Source: Candidatus Micrarchaeota archaeon
Lineage (GTDB): Archaea > Micrarchaeota > Micrarchaeia > Norongarragalinales > SBBD01
NCBI GenBank assembly: GCA_038046605.1
Contig: JBBSVW010000079.1
Span: 29,729 to 55,715, forward strand
Reading direction: 5' to 3'
Length of the DNA stretch: 25,987 bases
The notes beneath the pieces are model-generated. The model worked only from the letters and a program-made list of their open reading frames with translations, searched no databases and was not told the DNA's origin. Both the position numbers and the translations under genes were made by a program. How positions within the stretch are numbered: the stretch's first letter is position 1; each line of letters starts with the position of its first letter. This document shows, piece by piece, positions 1-7,833 of this stretch.

Positions 1-1
1 C

Positions 2-3000
2 TGCTATTCCGGATCAGATAATGGCACAATTGGCTCACTAGATTTGCTCTTCCCAAAAGGCGCCAGTGGATCGCGGGAAATTGCGCTTAAAATAAAGGTC
101 AAACCAGATGCGCCCGCATCCTCATCATTTGCATTCAACTACAAAGCCTATGCGGTAAGGAAAGGGGTGGTTGCCTTATTCCCCCAAGAAGAGGAAGTAA
201 GGAAGCTTGCGGATAACATCGCCCCCGTTGATGCCGTGAAAAGCATGTGCACTGGCAAGAACGCAATAAAGCAGCTCAAAATCACCTCTTCCCCGCTTAC
301 CTGCCTGGATGGAGGCAATTTCTGCCGAAAAATTATTTTCGATAAAAAAAGCGAAATCCCCCTTGGAAGCGATTTCCTTGTAAAATTTGAAATCCTATCC
401 CAAGAGCCAGTTGATACCATTTCCATTGGGAGCAAGAATGTCAAATTGACGGGAAGCAGCACAGGGGATGGCTTTGCGGATGACAATTCCGCCGCTGGAG
501 CCGATACCCAAATAGCTTCCATTTCCATTCCCGCAGGCATCAAAACATCCGGCTTCCTCAAGTTTTCAGCAATCCGCGCGGGAACAACTGATTTGCGCCT
601 CTCATTCAACACCGAAAAGAATTCCTACAAGGTAAGCAAGAATTTGCGGATTACCGGCGATAACCTCATGGCGGTTTCCGTTTCGCCCTTGACGCTTTTA
701 ACTGGGGAGGAAAAGAAAGTCACAATCCGCGCCTTATCCGATAATGATGCGCCAATTACCGATGCAATTGTAACGCTATATGATTGCGACAAATCTCCCC
801 TTGGAGCGGAGGAGTTGCAATCGCTTGGCAATAATGAACGAAATGAGGGGCAGGATGGGCGCTATATTATTTCCGCAAACCCACAAGCTTTTGGCAAAAT
901 TGGCATTCGTGTATCCCACCCCGAATACAAAACTTATGACGAATGCAAAATTGATGTTGGCATAAGCGAAGATACGCTGACAATTTCGCCATCCTCAATA
1001 AAACTTACGGGCGATTCCACCAAAACAATTGAAGAAGAGTTCACGATTTCGACAACCCTAGATGCGAAAAGCACGGTTTCCGTCATTTCCAATTGCGGAA
1101 CGGAAATCTCCCCTGTAATTTATGCCGAGCCAAATGAAATTACCAATTTCCGCGATTCACAGACCATCACAATAGGCATTCTGCCGGAATTGACTGTGAG
1201 GAAAACCTGCAACCTCCTCATTCAGCAGCGCTTCACCAAGAATTCCATGATCTCAAAAACAATCCCGATTAAAATCGATGTGCACGGGCCTACATTCATC
1301 CCAAGCCCCGAGCCATCGGTTCCACCAATAACTTCCCCAATCCCCAGTGTTGATCCTTCCGCTGACCCATCCATTTCCCCTCCAGGAACAATTGAAATCC
1401 CAGGCACCATCGAATTGAAATTGGATGAAATCGGCTTTGACAACAAGGTCTTTTCCGCAAAGAACATCGGTGAACCAATCAATTGCGAGATTATAGCGGA
1501 GGCGAATTTCCGGGTACGCGCCGAGTGCACCGCTAAATACGTTTCCCTAACCGCGGATTACATTGGCGAAGCGCTCACAAAATCATTCCGGAAAAAAGGG
1601 CAGCTCAAGATCACCCTGCAGGATAGCGAGCCGGCTTATTACAATATTGTGGTAACCGCGCTGGATGCATTTTCCGATTCAACGGATGGATCCCTCAACT
1701 ACTATTCGGATCTGCAGGGTGTGCCAAACCCCATCATACTTGAGCTTGATGCAAGCACGCGCAGGTTTGATTTGCAGTACTCCCTTGGCGCATTTGGGGA
1801 GCCCGTTTCCTCCTGCGCCCTCCAAAACCTCGAATATGGGATAACAACCGAATTCTGCGGCCCAGTTGACCAGAAGGTTCGGCTTCTTGCTGATTTTTCC
1901 TCCTCCGAAACATACAACAATTTGCTCTCGCGCATCTATGCAAACAACCCCTCCTGCATGAACTATTATTCGCAGCAAGGGTACGATCGCAGCTACCCCA
2001 ATGGCTATTTTGGGAATGGAGGATTGGGAGGCCAAGGCGGCTATGGGAACATGGGCTATGGGGGAAATTACCTAGATGCCAATTTGAATGGAGGCTACAA
2101 TTACGGTACCGGACAATCCTATTATGGGGGAAACCTGCAAGGCCAATACAATTACAATTCCCAGCCCTACAACCAGTTTTCCGATGGCTATTACCCCGCC
2201 CCACAATACTCCGGAGGATATGTGGACTATGGCAATTACCCGGGCATGAATTATCAGCAGCAGCCCTACCAATACCCCTACTCCCCCTACACGCAAAACA
2301 ATTTGCGCTCCAGCTCCTCAATTTCATTTGGCATTGGCAATTCCAATATTGATCCTAGATTTTCCGCAGGCAATTGCGATTCGGGTTTTTTGGAGGGCTC
2401 AATTGCATTCCTCTTGAGATCCGGAAGGCGCGAATCGGTTGCCGTAAGGATAATTGCAAAAGGCGGCAACCCATATCCAAATATCCTCGGCCCAAGGCAA
2501 ATTCCATGCTACAATTGCAACCAACAAGGCAGGGGTGCCGCTTCCAGCCAAAACGAAATACTGGATAACCAGATCATAATCGAGCTTGATCCCTTTACCC
2601 TCCAAAGGTATGCGCAATATGAGATTTCCGCTGGCTCTGCAAGCACCAGCTCGCCCCTATGCAAGGTTGAATCCGATCCAAAGTACTTTGCAGGGATTGC
2701 CCAAAACCTCAATTACAACCCGCTTTCAACATCGAGGCAATCATTCAACCCCTTATCCGGTCCCTCAACTTCCGGAAAATATGAATCCGCAATAAAAGGA
2801 TCCGTCTCCTGCGATATCGAGGACAATCAACTTCAAATCAAACTGATGGCAGATGCGAGCAAGATATCAATTCCAAAAGGCAAAGTCGGAACGGCCCTGA
2901 ACAAGGAAGACGAGCTTTACTTGTACATGAATTATTACAATCCTTCAAGGATCGTTCTTGCGCCCGTGCAGCTTTCTATAGGTGAAACGGGGGATTACGA

Positions 3001-5197
3001 TATAGAGCCCATTTCCAATAATCTCCAGTTCATTGTAACCGACAAGGAGCCATCCCTAACAAATGCAAATTTCAAGAAAACCGATGACATCTTCTCAAAG
3101 GAGGATTGCAAAGTGACGGGAATTCCGGGTGCCACCGCTAAAACCACTGATATAGGCGAATTTAGAAGCGGGGTGGGTTTGAAGGGCACATTCGCTAAAG
3201 GGAATTTTGTGCTTGAGCAAAAGGATGGAAAATACGCTTTCAAGGAGGTTCCGATTGAAGTTACGGAAGGTATTTTTGAATTCCCCAAAATTCCAACCTC
3301 TCCGGGCTCGCTTAAGTGCGATACCGTCAAGGGATCGGTATCTGCAAAATTGAATTTCGCGGCAATACCTAAAGAGCACATGCTAATTTTCGAAAATGGC
3401 GAAAAACCGGCGGTATTGGACAGGCAAATTGATTTTGCAGGAAAGATAGGTCCTCATGACCCCGGAAAGGAATATGGTTGTGAAATATCCTCATCCGAAC
3501 ACTCGAAAGAATTCGATGAGGCTCTGAAAGGAAAGCCCGATTCTGCGAAAACAACGATTTTTTCGTGCAAGCTTGCAGCCGATTCTTTGAAATTCTCCGC
3601 GGATTATTCTAGTTTTGCCCCCAAGGATGGATTTTCAGACCAACTTACGCTGACTTTGTATTCAATCACCAATTATCCAAAGAGCAAATTGGAGGCAAAG
3701 GAAACGAAACGGGAATTAGGTGTCATTAAGGTAAACATCAAGAGTGAAGGATACCTTGAAGGATCGCTATATTTCTCCCTGGATCTTAACGGCAATAAAC
3801 GCATACCTACCAAGTCCTCGTTTGCAAACATCAACACTAAAATATCCTACCTTGCCCATTTCCCCGCAGGCGATGAAAAAGGGAAGAGGATCGCATCACT
3901 TCTGTATTATGATAAGGACTCGATTAAGGAACTCATTGAAAAAACCGGTTCGGGAAAAATTACCCCAAGCGATTATGCCAAGGGAATAAAAATCCTTGAA
4001 TTTTCCGATCCGGCGACAATTACCTTAATGGAAAAGGGCGAAATGCAAGAATATGTACTGGATAAGGAAGGAATTTACGTATTGTATTCTAAAACGGTTT
4101 TAGGGGGCAAGGAGATGCAGGCCTTCGCCGCAATTGGAGTTAAGGATTTTGCATCGCTTACGCCCGCAGACGCCCCCGAGGTTTCCGATGCTGTGAAATA
4201 TGTTGGGGATGAAAATAGCGGAAAATGGGTTGTCGAGGAAAAGCTTGCCAATTCGGGCGATGTGCTTGCCGAATACAGCAAGAATGGGGCCCCAAGCGGC
4301 GATTTAAGCAAAGAAACAATTTTTCAGCCAACGATGCCCGGAGCAACTATTTCCGACGGCTTTGCCTGTAAGGTCAATAGGGATACGAACCATGCCGGGG
4401 TTGATTTTGCTGTTAAAAGTGGAACGGATGTGTATGCCATTGCAAGCGGAAACATCATCGCTGCGGGCTGCGGTAATGGGGGCATTGATCCCAAATGCAC
4501 AAAAGAAGGTGAAGGCAACCGGGTTGTTATTGACCACAAAAACGGGTGCTTTAGCGGATACTATCATTTGGATGAGATTTCTGTAAAGATGGGCGATCAA
4601 ATCCCAAAAAACACTAAAACACTTATTGCAAAATCAGGGAATACGGGTTCGTCCACAACCGGCCCGCATCTCCATTTTGAATATTATTGCGGTAAGCCTG
4701 GTTCTTTTGAAGCCCAAAATCCATGTGGAATGCTGGGTATAACTGATCCCAAGTGCAGTTGCGGCAGCAAAGCGGTGGCAGTAAACGGCGCTGATGCAGC
4801 CGGCGCATCCTCCTACAAGGCAGCAGATTTCTGGCACATCGAAAGCTGCGTTGCAGAAGCCGGCACGTTCCTTCTGGGCGGCGGTCTCAAATTCACATTG
4901 AAGACGAACACTGCGCCAAATGACATCGTTTCATGGTATGCAACGGAGGGGAATGACGAATATTTAATGAAATTCTATTGCAATGAAAAGTTAGTGAGCG
5001 GGGATGGCCTTACCCGGGATGGGCAATTCTACAATATCAAGAAAGGGGAAACATTTGTTGAGAGGGAGCGGAGCCATTGGACAGAGTCGATGCTTTATGT
5101 TTGCGATAAGGGCATATATGCGGCTTTAGCCAATCCCAAGGGTGAATTGATTGGTGGGGACGCAGCTAAGCAAAAATGCACCATCAAATCAGGTTAA
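2..5197 (+). CDS. Giant Cys-rich cell-surface protein with Ig-like/beta-sandwich repeats and a C-proximal M23 metallo-endopeptidase domain; 5'-truncated by the window
   Basis: The frame is open from base 2 (CYSGSDNGTIGSLDLLFPKG...), so the true start is upstream. Contains a carboxypeptidase-regulatory-like segment (DAPITDAIVTLY...DGRYII...VSHPEY), a Pro/Ser/Thr linker (~1290-1400) and a Y/G/Q/N-rich tract (~1960-2300). M23 motifs are HAGVD (His codon 4391), GNRVVIDH, YYHL and SGNTGSSTTGPHLHFE (HxH 4667-4675). Confidence 0.9.
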   Translation, partial: CYSGSDNGTIGSLDLLFPKGASGSREIALKIKVKPDAPASSSFAFNYKAYAVRKGVVALFPQEEEVRKLADNIAPVDAVKSMCTGKNAIKQLKITSSPLTCLDGGNFCRKIIFDKKSEIPLGSDFLVKFEILSQEPVDTISIGSKNVKLTGSSTGDGFADDNSAAGADTQIASISIPAGIKTSGFLKFSAIRAGTTDLRLSFNTEKNSYKVSKNLRITGDNLMAVSVSPLTLLTGEEKKVTIRALSDNDAPITDAIVTLYDCDKSPLGAEELQSLGNNERNEGQDGRYIISANPQAFGKIGIRVSHPEYKTYDECKIDVGISEDTLTISPSSIKLTGDSTKTIEEEFTISTTLDAKSTVSVISNCGTEISPVIYAEPNEITNFRDSQTITIGILPELTVRKTCNLLIQQRFTKNSMISKTIPIKIDVHGPTFIPSPEPSVPPITSPIPSVDPSADPSISPPGTIEIPGTIELKLDEIGFDNKVFSAKNIGEPINCEIIAEANFRVRAECTAKYVSLTADYIGEALTKSFRKKGQLKITLQDSEPAYYNIVVTALDAFSDSTDGSLNYYSDLQGVPNPIILELDASTRRFDLQYSLGAFGEPVSSCALQNLEYGITTEFCGPVDQKVRLLADFSSSETYNNLLSRIYANNPSCMNYYSQQGYDRSYPNGYFGNGGLGGQGGYGNMGYGGNYLDANLNGGYNYGTGQSYYGGNLQGQYNYNSQPYNQFSDGYYPAPQYSGGYVDYGNYPGMNYQQQPYQYPYSPYTQNNLRSSSSISFGIGNSNIDPRFSAGNCDSGFLEGSIAFLLRSGRRESVAVRIIAKGGNPYPNILGPRQIPCYNCNQQGRGAASSQNEILDNQIIIELDPFTLQRYAQYEISAGSASTSSPLCKVESDPKYFAGIAQNLNYNPLSTSRQSFNPLSGPSTSGKYESAIKGSVSCDIEDNQLQIKLMADASKISIPKGKVGTALNKEDELYLYMNYYNPSRIVLAPVQLSIGETGDYDIEPISNNLQFIVTDKEPSLTNANFKKTDDIFSKEDCKVTGIPGATAKTTDIGEFRSGVGLKGTFAKGNFVLEQKDGKYAFKEVPIEVTEGIFEFPKIPTSPGSLKCDTVKGSVSAKLNFAAIPKEHMLIFENGEKPAVLDRQIDFAGKIGPHDPGKEYGCEISSSEHSKEFDEALKGKPDSAKTTIFSCKLAADSLKFSADYSSFAPKDGFSDQLTLTLYSITNYPKSKLEAKETKRELGVIKVNIKSEGYLEGSLYFSLDLNGNKRIPTKSSFANINTKISYLAHFPAGDEKGKRIASLLYYDKDSIKELIEKTGSGKITPSDYAKGIKILEFSDPATITLMEKGEMQEYVLDKEGIYVLYSKTVLGGKEMQAFAAIGVKDFASLTPADAPEVSDAVKYVGDENSGKWVVEEKLANSGDVLAEYSKNGAPSGDLSKETIFQPTMPGATISDGFACKVNRDTNHAGVDFAVKSGTDVYAIASGNIIAAGCGNGGIDPKCTKEGEGNRVVIDHKNGCFSGYYHLDEISVKMGDQIPKNTKTLIAKSGNTGSSTTGPHLHFEYYCGKPGSFEAQNPCGMLGITDPKCSCGSKAVAVNGADAAGASSYKAADFWHIESCVAEAGTFLLGGGLKFTLKTNTAPNDIVSWYATEGNDEYLMKFYCNEKLVSGDGLTRDGQFYNIKKGETFVERERSHWTESMLYVCDKGIYAALANPKGELIGGDAAKQKCTIKSG
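4318..4730 (+). other. Peptidase M23 (LytM/lysostaphin-type) zinc domain within the giant ORF
   Basis: HxxxD (HAGVD) and HxH (GPHLHFE) zinc ligands, catalytic His in YYHL, and the typical GTDVYAIASG and GNRVVIDH segments. Confidence 0.92.
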
Positions 5198-5203
5198 ATC
5201 GAA

Positions 5204-5608
5204 TTAGAGGTACTTCCTCTCCCGGAGGATCTTCCTGGCAGATGGATAATCGCTTGCCTTCATTGCAACAAGGATGCTTCCGTTCTCCTCCTTGTTTATC
5301 ACGAGCATAGAATCAATGTTGATTTTGTGATCCGCCATCAATCTTGATATTTTGGCAAGCTCTCCGGGCTTATCTGGTATCCCGACGACTAGTATATCCG
5401 TATCCATAACCTTGAAACCAACTGCTTCCAGCACCTTTTTGCTTTTTGCAGGATCGCTTACAACCAGCCTAATGATGGAATCCCTAGCCGAGCTATCCAC
5501 AGAAACGGAATCAATGTTGATCCCAGCTTTTGCCAGCGTTTCGGATACATCCGCAAGCAATCCGATCCGGTCTTTTGCAACTACCGTTATCTCCTTTGTC
5601 GCATTCAT
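5204..5608 (-). CDS. Tandem ACT-domain protein (amino-acid-binding regulator type), about 134 aa
   Basis: Two ACT repeats: KDRIGLLADVSETLAKAGINIDSV and PDKPGELAKISRLMADHKINIDSM. Start placed at ATG 5608 after a G-rich RBS; TATA-like TTTAAA at 5644-5649. Confidence 0.88.
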   Translation of the reverse strand: MNATKEITVVAKDRIGLLADVSETLAKAGINIDSVSVDSSARDSIIRLVVSDPAKSKKVLEAVGFKVMDTDILVVGIPDKPGELAKISRLMADHKINIDSMLVINKEENGSILVAMKASDYPSARKILRERKYL

Positions 5609-5670
5609 GTTTTGCCCCCCCGCTATAAGGAAGGCGCTAGTCATTTAAATTGGTTTGGAAAAAGCGTCTT

Positions 5671-5845
5671 GGGGGAACCTAGGTTCCCCTGCTATCGTTG
5701 AGCATTCTCAACTCATCGCGAAGCATCCGCTTCACGATACCCTTGGAAGCATCCACTTCCTATTTTTGATTTGCGCATCAAATTAAGGGGGTAGAGGCGA
5801 CTACGAGTAGGGGGGTTAGCCCCCTAGTGGTGTCAGGGTGTCAAA
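5671..5845. repeat. Hairpin-rich intergenic element, copy 1 (MITE/PATE-like or structured ncRNA)
   Basis: Six consecutive stem-loops or palindromes: 5672-5689 (perfect 18-bp GGGGAACCTAGGTTCCCC), 5697-5712, 5720-5733, 5745-5760, 5765-5782 and 5808-5826. Shares TAAGGGGG..GGCGAC, GAAGCATC hairpins and a terminal GGGTGTCAAA with the element at 9668-9768. Confidence 0.6.
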
Positions 5846-5856
5846 GGGTTTATAAA
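5843..5856 (+). promoter_or_regulatory. Putative BRE/TATA promoter of the RNA polymerase cluster
   Basis: AAAGGG-TTTATAAA about 65 bp upstream of the rpoH start codon; matches the archaeal TATA consensus. Confidence 0.6.
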
Positions 5857-5920
5857 TCTTGATTGCGAAATAATGTCTCTTCTAAAGGGCTAGGGGATTC
5901 TCCAACTGTTGGTTGATACG

Positions 5921-6151
5921 ATGGATACTAATTTTAGCCATGTCTTTCTCCCTAAGCAAACCATAGCCACCGAGGAGGAAGTGCAAGAAGTCCTCGAAAA
6001 ATACAAAATTACCAAGGAAAATCTTCCCCTTATAAAATCCGACGACCCATCCGCCAAGGCGCTTTCCGCCAAGGCCGGCGATGTCCTTAAAATTGAGCGG
6101 ACATACGGGGAGAGCAAGGAGGAGTTATACTACCGGCTGGTGATCGATTAA
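5921..6151 (+). CDS. rpoH: DNA-directed RNA polymerase subunit H (Rpo5)
   Basis: HVFLPKQ..., LPLIKSDDP..., GDVLKIER...YYRLV are Rpo5/Rpb5 signatures. First gene of the canonical cluster; its TAA overlaps the next ATG. ATG 5921 is preferred over TTG 5909. Confidence 0.96.
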   Translation: MDTNFSHVFLPKQTIATEEEVQEVLEKYKITKENLPLIKSDDPSAKALSAKAGDVLKIERTYGESKEELYYRLVID

Positions 6152-7623
6152 TGGATTGCGCAGAACTCACAAAGCATTATCTGCAGGATAGCTCCGTTAT
6201 GCGGCAGTTTATCGATTCCTACAACAAGTTCATCGAAGAGGGCCTCCAATTGGTTGTCGAGGCGCAATCGACAATCGAGCCCCAGGTTGAAAATCTCGTT
6301 CTCAAGCTTGGAAAAGTCACGGTCGGCCAACCATCAGTTACTGAAGCCGATGGCACAAGGCGCGTCCTTTACCCCCAGGAGGCAAGGCTTCGCGATTTAA
6401 GCTATACCGCCCCGCTCTTCCTTGAAATCACCCCTCTTTTTTCCGGATCCGAAGGCAGGACCGAAACAGTCTTCATTGGCGAACTGCCAGTCATGCTCAA
6501 ATCAAAAATCTGCTATCTATCAATAATGAACCGCGATGAGCTGCTCTCCGCGGGCGAGGATCCACTGGACCCCGGCGGGTATTTCATCATTAATGGAACA
6601 GAAAAAGCGCTCATTAGCATTGAGGACCTTGCGCCAAACCGCATTTTCGTTTCAAGGGAAAAGGAAAAAGAGCTCATCCAGGCAAAGGTTTTTTCCACAA
6701 GGCTTGGCTTTAGGGGAAGGATCACGGTTGATCGCACCCGCGAGGGCAGGCTTTCCGTTACGCTTCCATCATTCAACAAATCAATCGAACTGCTTGTTCT
6801 CCTAAAGGCTCTTGGCCTAGATAAGCCCGAAAAGGTTTCCGCGGCATTCCCCGACATGATTGAAATCCACAACGATCTTCTGCTTAATTATGAGGCGGAT
6901 GCGGACATCAAGACAAAGCGTGATGCCCTTGAGGCAATTGGCAAAAGGGCGGCGCCTGGCCAACCCGTTGATTACCAGCTAAAGCGCGCAGAACTCCTAA
7001 TTGACAGATACCTCCTTCCTCACATCGGCGTCGATGAAAAGGACCGCCTTGCAAAGGCCTATTACCTATGCAGGATGGGCGAGCGTGCAATCCTAACCGC
7101 ATACCGCAAGCGCAAACCGGAGGATAAGGATCACTACGCAAATAAGCGCATCAAGATCACCGGAAAACTGATGGAAGAGCTCTTCAGGTACGCCTTCCAA
7201 TTCTTCGTCAAGGATGTTGCCTACCAGCTTGAGAGGGCAAACATCCGAAGGAGGAAAATGACCCTGTTCACAATTGTTCGCCCCGATGCCCTAACCGAGC
7301 GCATCAAGTATTCCATGGCAACTGGCAATTGGATGGGAGGGCACACCGGCGTTTGCCAGCCGCTTGACCGCTACAATTTCATTTCCTCAATTGCATTCAT
7401 GCGAAGGGTCATTTCGCCACTTGCTAAAAAGCATCCGCACCACAAGGCAAGGGATTTGCATGGCACCCATTATGGGCGGCTTGATCCCAACGAAACGCCC
7501 GAAGGCCCCAACTGCGGGCTTATAAAATCGCTTGCGATGTTTTGCGAAATCACGCCCGGCTCCGAGGAAAAGGGTGTTGAAAAGACGCTCCGTTCCCTTG
7601 GGGTTACGATGCAGGCGCTTTGA
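6151..7623 (+). CDS. rpoB2: DNA-directed RNA polymerase subunit B'' (Rpo2N)
   Basis: PQEARLRDLSYTAPL, GELPVMLKS, DPGGYFIINGTEK, DKDHYANKRI and ETPEGPNCGL motifs; 490 aa. Confidence 0.97.
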   Translation: MDCAELTKHYLQDSSVMRQFIDSYNKFIEEGLQLVVEAQSTIEPQVENLVLKLGKVTVGQPSVTEADGTRRVLYPQEARLRDLSYTAPLFLEITPLFSGSEGRTETVFIGELPVMLKSKICYLSIMNRDELLSAGEDPLDPGGYFIINGTEKALISIEDLAPNRIFVSREKEKELIQAKVFSTRLGFRGRITVDRTREGRLSVTLPSFNKSIELLVLLKALGLDKPEKVSAAFPDMIEIHNDLLLNYEADADIKTKRDALEAIGKRAAPGQPVDYQLKRAELLIDRYLLPHIGVDEKDRLAKAYYLCRMGERAILTAYRKRKPEDKDHYANKRIKITGKLMEELFRYAFQFFVKDVAYQLERANIRRRKMTLFTIVRPDALTERIKYSMATGNWMGGHTGVCQPLDRYNFISSIAFMRRVISPLAKKHPHHKARDLHGTHYGRLDPNETPEGPNCGLIKSLAMFCEITPGSEEKGVEKTLRSLGVTMQAL

Positions 7624-7833
7624 ATTTTTTTATATTTTTTATTTTATGATATTTATTTCGGGTTTGAATGGATCGGTCCTGCGCTTTTGCAGGTCTGGCG
7701 CAATTTTCAATTGATCATTCCATTTTGCGTTTTTGATTTTTGAGTATTTTGGTTTGCTTTGGGTTTGATTGGATCCTTTTGGATTTTTCCATTTTGGCAT
7801 TAAGGAAATTTCATTTTCACGTGGTGGCTTGAT

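Noticed and set aside
1290-2300. Tandem DNA repeats in low-complexity coding tracts
   Set aside because: The repetition is at the amino-acid level with varied codons; there is no exact nucleotide array.
5671-5845. tRNA, CRISPR array or riboswitch for the ACT gene
   Set aside because: No cloverleaf or T-loop motif and no regularly spaced identical repeats; the element lies upstream of the likely TATA boxes of both flanking genes.
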